Shown here one piece after another: positions 46,717 to 54,953 of a stretch of 64,000 nucleotides of DNA. The translations under genes were made by a program, and so were the position numbers. Below the pieces are notes generated by a model, which worked only from the letters and a program-made list of their open reading frames with translations, was not told the DNA's origin and made no database searches. Location: the NCBI GenBank assembly GCA_903900265.1, contig CAIUMM010000040.1, positions 19,041-83,040 on the forward strand. Direction: 5' to 3'. Numbering within the stretch: position 1 is the stretch's first letter; every line of letters starts with the position of its first letter. The stretch comes from an uncultured Pseudomonadota bacterium. GTDB taxonomy: Bacteria; Myxococcota_A; UBA796; SXON01.

Positions 46717-48380
46717 CGTACAGAGTACCGCACCGCGCGGGCGAGGGCTCGCGAACCGGCGTTCGGCGCGTCCACGTGCAGCGCGATGGCCGAGGCCACC
46801 CGTCCCTCCGCGACGAGGCGCCGCGCCTGCGCCTCCGACTCGGAGGCATCTCCGCACAAAACCAACCCCGGACCGGTCACGCCCAGCAAGATCGCCGCTT
46901 CCGCCAACGGTGCGCCCGGGACGGTGTAGACAAAGTGCAGCCGGGGTGCGCGGGCTGGCCCCGCTTGCTGCAACGCCGCGAGGTAACGTCGGTCCGCTTG
47001 CACACAGTTGTCTACGCTGCTGAGCACCACGGCCTCATCGGAACGGGGCTTCAGCTCGGCGAGCGCGAGGATTCCGGCGCGGACGTAAGTGTCCGCGCGC
47101 CCGAGGTTCACCGCTACGCTCCCGTCGGGCAGGCGCGGCAAATCGGCGACGGCAAAGCTCTCCCCGCCTACCTCGACCGCGGTCCCCACCGTAACGTCCA
47201 CCGAAGGCCCCGACGGGCGGGTGTACGGCTCGGCGGGCCCGAAGACCAGCGCGGCGTTCACCCCTCCAAACGCGGCGTTCAGCGAAAGGCCCCATCCAAC
47301 GCCCGAGCGAGGACGCGCGCGGCAGGTGCGCATGCCGAGCGCCGGATCGACGTCCATCGCTGCGGGGAGCGTTGCGCCGGTGAGCATCGCGATCAGCGCG
47401 ACCGCTTCTACCGTTCCAGCGGCGCCGAGGGTGTGCCCAACCACCGGCTTCACCCCGTGCACCGGCACCGGCGCGCCGCCGAACAAGCGAGCCAGCGCCT
47501 GGGCTTCCATCGCGTCATTGAACACCGTGCCCGTCGCGTGGCCGCTCACGACGTCCAGCGCGTCAGGGACATCCGCGAGGGGGATTCCGGCGTCAGTGAC
47601 GGCCGCTGCCGCGGCGCGGTACAAGCCGCCGCCGGTTCGGTCAGGCGCGGTCAAGTGCACGGCGTCCTGCGACAAGCCCGTGCCCCACAGCGCGCACAGG
47701 GGTGGACGACCGCCGCGGGTCGCCGAGTCGGGGGTCTCCAGCAACACCGCCGCGGCGCCCTCCCCGATCATCAACCCGTCACGCTCGGCGCGGAACGGCA
47801 AACTTGGGCCCGCAGCCAGCGCGCCGATGCCGGCGAAACCCGCGTGGATGAACGGGGACAGCACGTCTACCCCTGCGACGATCACGCGCTCGCAACGCCC
47901 CTCCCGCAGCCATCCGCGCGCCAGATCGAAGGCGGCAGCGCCCGAAGCGCACGCCACCGACACGGTCGCGACGGGCACCGGCACGCCCCACCGTTTCGCG
48001 AGCTGCAACGCGAGGTTCTGCGCAGGACGCTGCCGATAATCATGCACGCGTACACCAGCCCCGTCACGCTCGAACGCGCCCGAGATCAGCCCCGACGTAG
48101 TCCCGACGATCAACCCGCAGCCTGGGCCAGCCGCGACCGCCTCAACGACCCGCTGCAACAGCGCTTCGGCATCACCGGCACCGTCCCGGCCCCCACATCC
48201 ACCGCGCTCGGCATCCACGGCGCCGATGCCGACGCCAAGCAGCCCGGGCCACGCCCAAGGAGCGGGTCGGGCGCAGGGAATGCCCATGCCAAGCGCGTCG
48301 ATGAGGCGTTCAACCCCCGAACCTGCCGAAGTCTCAGTCGCGACGCGCGTGACCCAAGGATTCAAGCCTGGGCACTTCAT
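46713..48380 (-). CDS. Beta-ketoacyl-ACP synthase (FabF/type II KS-like) fused to a C-terminal CLF-like domain
   Basis: VACASG, GHATGT..ND, KPVVGHTLGAAG, FGGVNAALV; then LGRAD...FVYTVP..PLAEAAI..G.TGP. Confidence 0.82.
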   Translation of the reverse strand: MKCPGLNPWVTRVATETSAGSGVERLIDALGMGIPCARPAPWAWPGLLGVGIGAVDAERGGCGGRDGAGDAEALLQRVVEAVAAGPGCGLIVGTTSGLISGAFERDGAGVRVHDYRQRPAQNLALQLAKRWGVPVPVATVSVACASGAAAFDLARGWLREGRCERVIVAGVDVLSPFIHAGFAGIGALAAGPSLPFRAERDGLMIGEGAAAVLLETPDSATRGGRPPLCALWGTGLSQDAVHLTAPDRTGGGLYRAAAAAVTDAGIPLADVPDALDVVSGHATGTVFNDAMEAQALARLFGGAPVPVHGVKPVVGHTLGAAGTVEAVALIAMLTGATLPAAMDVDPALGMRTCRARPRSGVGWGLSLNAAFGGVNAALVFGPAEPYTRPSGPSVDVTVGTAVEVGGESFAVADLPRLPDGSVAVNLGRADTYVRAGILALAELKPRSDEAVVLSSVDNCVQADRRYLAALQQAGPARAPRLHFVYTVPGAPLAEAAILLGVTGPGLVLCGDASESEAQARRLVAEGRVASAIALHVDAPNAGSRALARAVRYSVR

Positions 48381-48384
48381 CGCA

Positions 48385-50364
48385 TCAGTCGCTCATCAGG
48401 AAGATGTGCGGGCGCTCGTCTTCCTGAGGGGTGCTGGCCCAATATTTGAGGAGGATCTGGTACACGAGGATGCCCGTCTCCCCTTCTCCCCAGAGCAGGT
48501 ATTTTACCGCTTGGGTGACCGGATTCTCCCGGGTCAAGCCGAGGAAAATGCCCTTGGGCTGCATCGCCTCGCTGAGGTAAGCGATGGTGTTGGCGATCGC
48601 CGTCGCGTTGGAGACCGTGATCCGAAAGTCGTCGCCCAATCGAGAGATCTTCAGGTACACCGTGGAGTCGAACGCCGAGCGGTCCGCGGCCAGATCGATG
48701 TGGATGTACGCGAGCGGCCCCTCCACCGCGTAGAAGCGCTTGAGACGCTTCTTGCCGAGGCCGTGCCCCAACGCTTCCTTGGGGGTGTGTTGTTTGACCG
48801 CGACAAGGCTGACTTTCTGGCCCTGCACCTCTTTCCAGAGCAGCTCGGAGTCCGGGGTCGCGAACGCGACGCGCTCCACACGGAACTCGGTTGCGCGCTG
48901 GTATCGGGAGACGCCGCTGATCAACAGCATCGCGACGATGAACACCGACGAGATGATGATGCCGTCGGGGCGTTCGATGACGTTGTCGACGAACGTGTAG
49001 GCAAACACCAGCGTAATGAGCGCAAACGGCAGAACCAGCCAAGGACGGCGATTCGACTCCCGCGCCTCGCGCGCAAACGCGAGCGTCACAGCGACCGACC
49101 CCGATAGAATCAACGCCAACACGCCGGTAGCGTAGGCGCCGCCTTGCGCCTCAACGTCGGCGTCAAAGATGATCGTGACGATCAAATCCATCGCCAGCAG
49201 CACGAGCACCAGCGGGCGCGGGCTGCCAACCCAATGGGGAGCCATCCCGAACCGCGGCAGGTAGCGCGGGATCAGCGACAACATCGCCGCCATCGCGCTC
49301 GCCCCGGCAAACCACAGGATCAACACCGTGCTCAAGTCGTAGAAGGTACCGAAGATGTCGCCCAAATATTCGTGGGCGACCCACGCCAAGGCGCGCCCAG
49401 AGGCATCGCCCCCATCCCGCCATGCGCTCTCAGGGATGAGCAAGGTGGTCACGAAGCTGGAGGCGATCAGGAAGCCCGACATGATCACCGCGGCGCCGAT
49501 CAGCAGCTTGCGCGTCGCGGCGATGCGATGAACCGGGGGCCCCTCGCCCGAGTCCGGGTGTGCGCCATGAATCAGCGGCATCACGCTGACTCCGGTCTCA
49601 AATCCGGACAGGCCTAAGGCCAGCTTCGGAAACGCAAGGATTGAAGCGACGATCAAGCCCGTGCCCGAACCCTTGAGCGTGAGCGCCCGCTCCCAGTTGA
49701 CCCACGCCTCCGGGTGGTGGGTAAGCTCCAACGCCCCTTTTCCGATGACGATGGCGTTGAGCAACAGGTACGGAACCGCGATCCACGTCGCGACCCCGAT
49801 CGCTTCGTGGAACCCGCGCAGGAACACAATACCCAGCATCACCAAGAGCCCGAGGGTGAGCAGCAGCTGCTGCCCGCCCAGGTACGGGTGGAGGAACGGG
49901 TTCTCCACCAGATGCGCCGCGGCGTCGGCGGCGGAGAGCGTCATGGTGATCACAAAGTCGGTGCTCGCAAAACCGAGCAAACAAAGCACAAAGACCTTGC
50001 CGGCCCAACCTGGGAGCAGCTTCTCCAACATGGAGACCGAGCCATGTCCGAGGTACGACCGCCGCGCGACGGAGAGGTAGATCGGCAGCGCCGCGAACAG
50101 CGTGACCAGCACCAACGCGATCGTCGCCAACGGGGCGATGGCTCCCGCTGCGAGCAGCGCGATGCCGGGTTGATAGCCAAGCGTCGAAAAATAGTCCACG
50201 CCGGTCAGCCAGATGACCCGGTACCACGCGAACGTAGCGTGGGCGTGGCCCTTCGCCTCCGCGGACTTCATCAGCCAGCGGCCAAGCGGGGTTTTGGGGG
50301 TAGCCGCATCCGGCGTATACAACGCCGGGAGGATCGTCATCGGGGGTTGGACAGGCACGCTCAT
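48385..50364 (-). CDS. APC-superfamily transporter (amino acid/cation)
   Basis: Many TM helices; TGVDYFSTLGYQPG, LALGLSGFETGV, GGAYATGVL; soluble C-terminal domain. Confidence 0.82.
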   Translation of the reverse strand: MSVPVQPPMTILPALYTPDAATPKTPLGRWLMKSAEAKGHAHATFAWYRVIWLTGVDYFSTLGYQPGIALLAAGAIAPLATIALVLVTLFAALPIYLSVARRSYLGHGSVSMLEKLLPGWAGKVFVLCLLGFASTDFVITMTLSAADAAAHLVENPFLHPYLGGQQLLLTLGLLVMLGIVFLRGFHEAIGVATWIAVPYLLLNAIVIGKGALELTHHPEAWVNWERALTLKGSGTGLIVASILAFPKLALGLSGFETGVSVMPLIHGAHPDSGEGPPVHRIAATRKLLIGAAVIMSGFLIASSFVTTLLIPESAWRDGGDASGRALAWVAHEYLGDIFGTFYDLSTVLILWFAGASAMAAMLSLIPRYLPRFGMAPHWVGSPRPLVLVLLAMDLIVTIIFDADVEAQGGAYATGVLALILSGSVAVTLAFAREARESNRRPWLVLPFALITLVFAYTFVDNVIERPDGIIISSVFIVAMLLISGVSRYQRATEFRVERVAFATPDSELLWKEVQGQKVSLVAVKQHTPKEALGHGLGKKRLKRFYAVEGPLAYIHIDLAADRSAFDSTVYLKISRLGDDFRITVSNATAIANTIAYLSEAMQPKGIFLGLTRENPVTQAVKYLLWGEGETGILVYQILLKYWASTPQEDERPHIFLMSD

Positions 50365-50385
50365 GCGCTATCAACAAACCCGCGT

Positions 50386-50838
50386 TCAGTCGCTAGTCCG
50401 CCCCGCATCCCAAAGCGCCGCCGCCACCGCCGCGGCGACGTCCCCGGCGAGCGTGGCGCAGTAATTGCGACGTTTTTCCCCCATGAACGGGCCCAAGGGC
50501 TCGGTGCGGAGGTTGCACGATTGCTCCAAGGGGCCGCGCACCGCAGGGCCGAGCTCAGCGCGGAATTGCGCCACGGCGTCCCGAAGCGCGGGAGCCACCG
50601 GCCCCGTCGGGTCCGGATCGCCCAACAGCTCCCCGAGCAACAAGACACCGGCCTGAATCGCCCCGCAGGGACCGTCCCCCGTGATGCCACCTTTGCGGAG
50701 GGCCTGATACGGCCGGGAGGGGCATCCAAAGGTCTCTGCGAGGGCAATCCCACAGGAACGATGCGGAGTTTCCTCACCGCGGTAAAGCCGCTCGGCTTCC
50801 GCACGACGGTCAGCGATGTACGCCTCTCGCGACGCCAC
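50386..50838 (-). CDS. C-GCAxxG-C-C family putative redox protein
   Basis: SCG...GPCGAIQAG...SC...YC spacing of four Cys residues. Confidence 0.75.
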   Translation of the reverse strand: MASREAYIADRRAEAERLYRGEETPHRSCGIALAETFGCPSRPYQALRKGGITGDGPCGAIQAGVLLLGELLGDPDPTGPVAPALRDAVAQFRAELGPAVRGPLEQSCNLRTEPLGPFMGEKRRNYCATLAGDVAAAVAAALWDAGRTSD

Positions 50839-51374
50839 TACCGCCCCGGAGGCCGGCCGAGCGCAGCAGCGGGCGCCGTGATGACGCCACTACCCAGCAC
50901 CCAGTGCGGGCTGCCCGCGAGGGTCTGCTTGAGCTGGGCGATCTCCTCAGGATGAAGCTCGAAGGTCTGGGGTTGGCGGGTCTGAGGATCAAACTGCGTG
51001 GCGAACCAGCGCTCCCCTCCGGTTTTGGTTTTATGCAGCACCAATCCCCGAGGATCGTCGTAGATCATCACGAGGTCCTTGGAGGTGAGCGGCCGGTTGG
51101 GGTCCTCGGGCTCTTCGGCCTTGGGAGGCTCAACCGGAGCAGGAGGCGGAGGCACCGCGGCCTTGGGCGCCGTCGCGTCGATCACCTCTTCGATCTCCCA
51201 CTGCACCTCCAGCAGCTCGCCGCGCTTCATGGACTCGAGCAGGTCACGCACCTGCGCTCCAACGGCACCGGCGGAGAGGGCGATCAGGCGCTCTTTGAGC
51301 GGCTCCCGCTGCGTGTACGACGCAGTGCGCAGCGTGCCGACCAACGTACGAACTTCTTCCAACACTGATTCCAT
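50838..51374 (-). CDS. Hypothetical protein (two domains, Pro-rich linker)
   Basis: Protein-like composition; 1-bp TAGTG overlap with the downstream gene. Start 51374 or 51386. Confidence 0.7.
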   Translation of the reverse strand: MESVLEEVRTLVGTLRTASYTQREPLKERLIALSAGAVGAQVRDLLESMKRGELLEVQWEIEEVIDATAPKAAVPPPPAPVEPPKAEEPEDPNRPLTSKDLVMIYDDPRGLVLHKTKTGGERWFATQFDPQTRQPQTFELHPEEIAQLKQTLAGSPHWVLGSGVITAPAAALGRPPGR

Positions 51375-51467
51375 CTGGGACTCCACGAGCGCTTCCTGGG
51401 ATAGGACGGCAACGTAACCACGGCAGCGGCTTCTCACCCTGCCCGATGTCATTCCCGGAGCCTGCGA

Positions 51468-52874
51468 ATGGATTTCCTACAGCGATTCACCGACCGTGAG
51501 CGGGAGAGACTGCTCGCCGTTGCGCAGACGATTCGGCTGGGCCGAGGTCAGGTGTTGCTGCGCAGGGGGGACCCCGGTGGGGACCTCTACCGCGTTGAAG
51601 AAGGCGAGATCGAGGTCATCGACAGCCGGAGCCAGCCGATCATCGTCCTGCAAGTGATCGGCAAGGGCGCGTTGGTCGGCGAAATGGCGTTCCTCGACGA
51701 CTCGCCCCGGTCAGCGGACGTGCGATCGTCGGAGGGAGCGACGTGTCAACGCTGGGAGCGGCGCACGCTGCTCAAGCTGCTTCACGATGAACCCGCGCTT
51801 GGTACACGCTTTTTCGAGATGGTGGCGCGAATCCTCGCCGAGCGTATCCGCGATCTTGGGATCGTCGCCGCAACCGGCTTGAAGACCGGAGCCGTCCGAG
51901 GCAGCGAACATGCCGTCGCCCTCGGGCGTGAGGTTGGGGACGCGGCGCGCAATCGGTTCATGGAGGTAGAACCTCTAATTCGACGGGACAAAGCCCTCGC
52001 GCGCGTAGAGACGCTGACCGCGCTCCACAACGCACAAGAGGCCATGCTGGAGATTGAACGCGGATTGTCGGACGTGGATGCCGTGGAGTTCGGCACCGCT
52101 GTCGCCCGCGAGCTCCACCCGTATCTGATGCGGTCGCAGTTGGGAGAGCTGGCGATCGGCAGAACATCGGGCCACAGCGGCGATTCTCAGACGCTCGAGC
52201 ACGTGCTGAGCAACCGCCCCGAGGGCGACGGCCCCCTCGGAGAATTCATCGACGAGTGGCTGTTAGGACTGCCGACCTCACGCGCGCTTCGGGAGCGTCG
52301 CGCCTTCGCGCTGCAAGCCGTGCTCGACGTTCTGCCGCCGGACGCGCCGGTGCGCATCCTCGTGCTCAACGCCGCAGCGAGCCCGACTCTCGTGGATCTT
52401 CTTCCCTATATGGCTCACCTGCGCGGAGAGATCATCTGCGTGGACAGCTCGCTCGAAGGTCTCGCCGAGATCGATCAGAAGATCGCGGGCCGACCGCGCG
52501 ACCTAAGGCTGAAGTTGGTGAGGGAGGACCTCGGCGCCGTGTGTCTGGGCCAGGCGAAGAGCCGCTTCCCTCCCCAGAACATCATGATCATTGACGGGCT
52601 GCTGGACTACGTCCCCGAGCGGCTGGGCGTCGCGCTTTTGGGATGGGCGGGTACACAGATGGCGCCCGCCGGCAGGCTGATCGCGACCGGCCTGGCCGAA
52701 GCCAACGATGATCCGGTCTATCGGCATCTGCTCTCCTGGCCGGTGGTGCGCCGGAGTCGTGCAGGGCTCAGCGGCCTGCTGCAAGGCGCAGGCTACGTCG
52801 ATGTGCGCGTCTGGGAGGCCCAATCCGCCGGGCTCGTCGCCACCGGGAGGTCACCGGTACCCGGCGTAGGGTGA
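51468..52874 (+). CDS. cNMP-binding domain fused to a PhcB-like class I SAM methyltransferase fold
   Basis: GEMAFLDDSPRSADV phosphate-binding cassette; GHSGD...NRPEGDGPLG..IDEWLL..P..RALRERR; GLLDYV. Confidence 0.75.
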   Translation: MDFLQRFTDRERERLLAVAQTIRLGRGQVLLRRGDPGGDLYRVEEGEIEVIDSRSQPIIVLQVIGKGALVGEMAFLDDSPRSADVRSSEGATCQRWERRTLLKLLHDEPALGTRFFEMVARILAERIRDLGIVAATGLKTGAVRGSEHAVALGREVGDAARNRFMEVEPLIRRDKALARVETLTALHNAQEAMLEIERGLSDVDAVEFGTAVARELHPYLMRSQLGELAIGRTSGHSGDSQTLEHVLSNRPEGDGPLGEFIDEWLLGLPTSRALRERRAFALQAVLDVLPPDAPVRILVLNAAASPTLVDLLPYMAHLRGEIICVDSSLEGLAEIDQKIAGRPRDLRLKLVREDLGAVCLGQAKSRFPPQNIMIIDGLLDYVPERLGVALLGWAGTQMAPAGRLIATGLAEANDDPVYRHLLSWPVVRRSRAGLSGLLQGAGYVDVRVWEAQSAGLVATGRSPVPGVG

Positions 52875-52892
52875 GCCCGAGACCGCACGGCG

Positions 52893-54407
52893 TCAGCCGA
52901 TCAAGCGCTTCAAGCGGTCCACACCGCGGCCGTACAACCCGCCCATCGCGCGCTGCAGATGGGCGATGCTGCCGGCACGGTACGGATACCACCACAGCTC
53001 CCGCGAGAACCACGGCACGAGGTCGTGGTTCACGTGGCGCGCCTCGCACATGTGCCGCAGCCCATCCGCAGAGTGCGCCACGCCGATGCCCGAGTTCTTC
53101 ACGCCGGCCCACGGAGTCTCCGCCATCGCGTGCGTCGCGAGCACGTCGTTCACCATCACCGTGCCGGCTCGAATACGCTCGGCGAGCTGACGACCATGCT
53201 CGCGGCGCCGCGTGAACACATAGGCCAGCAGGCCGAGATGCGACCGGTTCGCCTCGGTGATCATCGACTCCTCGTCCTTCATGCGCATCACCGGGATCAC
53301 CGGCCCGAAGGTCTCGCTGGTGAAGATCGCCATGTCTTCGGTGCAGCCGGTCAGCACCGTGGGCTCAAAAAAGAAGCCCGGCCGCTCGGCGCGCCGCCCA
53401 CCACACGCGACGACCGCGCCCTTGGCCACTGCATCGTTGACGAGGCGCTCCACGATCTCCCGCTGCCGCTCGTTCACCAGCGGCCCTACGTCGAACTCCG
53501 CGTCCTTCATCGCATCGCCGAGCCGCAGCGCTTTGACCTTCTCCACCAGCTTCGGGACAAACGCATCGTAGATCGCGTCGTGCACCAAAAGGCGCTCCAC
53601 GCTCGCACACACCTGCCCCGCGTTCGCGAGACCGCCCCAGGTGACCGCCTGCGCCGCGTGCTCCACGTTCGCGTCGGCGAGCACCAGCGCGGGAGCCTTC
53701 CCACCGAGCTCCGTCACGCAGGGGATGAGACGCTCGCCGCACATCGCCGCCACCTTGCGCCCGGTCGCGACCGAGCCTGTGAATTCCATCATGTCGATGC
53801 CGGCGTCGATCAGCGCAGCCCCGACATCCCCGTAGCCATGCACGATCTGCAGGAGATCAGGATCCAGCCCAGCGTCCAGATAGATCGCGCGCCCCAGATC
53901 CGCGACGAGCGGCGTGAACTCGCTCGGCTTCAAGACCACCGCGTTGCCCGCGAGCAGCGCCATCGCCACGGCTCCGAACGGGATCGCGAACGGGAAGTTC
54001 CACGGCGAGATCAAGCCGACCACACCCCGGGGGCGGTAATGAACGTAGCTCTGCCGGTGAACGAGCAGCCGCGACGTGATCGGGCTGGGCTCGAGGATGT
54101 GCTCGGCCTCGTCGCTGAAGTAGGTCAGCAGCTCCAAGTGCGAAAACACCTCGTGCATCAAGGCCTCAGTCCGCGGCTTGCCATTCTGCTGGGCCAGACA
54201 GTCGAGGATCTCAGCTTGCCGCGCGAGCACACATACGCGCACCCTCCGAAGCAGCTCCGCGCGCTCCGCTACCGACTTCTTGCCCCACGCCTGCTGCGCA
54301 GCGCGGGCACGCTCCACGACGCCGCGCACCTCCGCCACGGGGGTGATGGAGACGCTGCCTACGAGCTCGCCGTTGGCAGGACAATGAACGTCGATATGGG
54401 TTTGCAT
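52893..54407 (-). CDS. Aldehyde dehydrogenase
   Basis: ISPWNFP, KPSE, FTGSVATG, ELGGK, AGQVC, ETFGPV. Confidence 0.93.
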   Translation of the reverse strand: MQTHIDVHCPANGELVGSVSITPVAEVRGVVERARAAQQAWGKKSVAERAELLRRVRVCVLARQAEILDCLAQQNGKPRTEALMHEVFSHLELLTYFSDEAEHILEPSPITSRLLVHRQSYVHYRPRGVVGLISPWNFPFAIPFGAVAMALLAGNAVVLKPSEFTPLVADLGRAIYLDAGLDPDLLQIVHGYGDVGAALIDAGIDMMEFTGSVATGRKVAAMCGERLIPCVTELGGKAPALVLADANVEHAAQAVTWGGLANAGQVCASVERLLVHDAIYDAFVPKLVEKVKALRLGDAMKDAEFDVGPLVNERQREIVERLVNDAVAKGAVVACGGRRAERPGFFFEPTVLTGCTEDMAIFTSETFGPVIPVMRMKDEESMITEANRSHLGLLAYVFTRRREHGRQLAERIRAGTVMVNDVLATHAMAETPWAGVKNSGIGVAHSADGLRHMCEARHVNHDLVPWFSRELWWYPYRAGSIAHLQRAMGGLYGRGVDRLKRLIG

Positions 54408-54470
54408 CCCCACCGTCTATCCGAAAGCGCAAGGCGAGGCCCCGTTGGACCCTGCCCAAAGCTCCCCGTC

Positions 54471-54950
54471 CTACTCGAACCGGATCGCGCCGTCCTTAAC
54501 GAAGTAGGCGATCAACATCCGACCTCCGGTGACGGTCGGCACATGGCGACTACCGCGGGGGTAAACGACCCACGCATCGGTGCGGCCGTCAAAAGCAGGC
54601 GAGCCGGCGAGCGGCAAGCAGAGATCAAACTCACCGCTGACATGGGTGTGGGCGGACAACCCCGCGCTGCCTTCCACCCCAGGGCGACGGGCCGCGCCCT
54701 CCATCTCCACGACGTCGATGGTGTAGCCGAGCGTCTCGGGAGAAGCCTTCGCCAATCGGCCGAACCGAACGCCCCCACCCTCTTTCGGGGTCAACCACCC
54801 TTCTGCGTGCGCCTCCAACAAAGCACCCGCGAGGTCCCCGCTCGGAAACAACCGAAGCGCAGACTCACTCGCGGGTACATCGTCGGGATCGAGGGTGGAG
54901 ATCAGCGTCAGCAACGAGCCAACGCGCTCCAACAACGTCTCGCGGGTCAT
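54471..54950 (-). CDS. DUF4863/PnbB (4-hydroxylaminobenzoate lyase)-like cupin
   Basis: EGWL...GVRFGR, HTHVSGEFD, FDG...WVVYPRGSRHVPTVTGG. Confidence 0.72.
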   Translation of the reverse strand: MTRETLLERVGSLLTLISTLDPDDVPASESALRLFPSGDLAGALLEAHAEGWLTPKEGGGVRFGRLAKASPETLGYTIDVVEMEGAARRPGVEGSAGLSAHTHVSGEFDLCLPLAGSPAFDGRTDAWVVYPRGSRHVPTVTGGRMLIAYFVKDGAIRFE

Positions 54951-54953
54951 CGC

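Noticed and set aside
50386-50838. Possible selenoprotein (some C-GCAxxG-C-C proteins contain Sec)
   Set aside because: No in-frame TGA; all four positions are Cys.
52893-54407. ALDH as cargo of the BMC-T microcompartment
   Set aside because: About 34 kb away; a standard non-acylating ALDH with no obvious encapsulation peptide.
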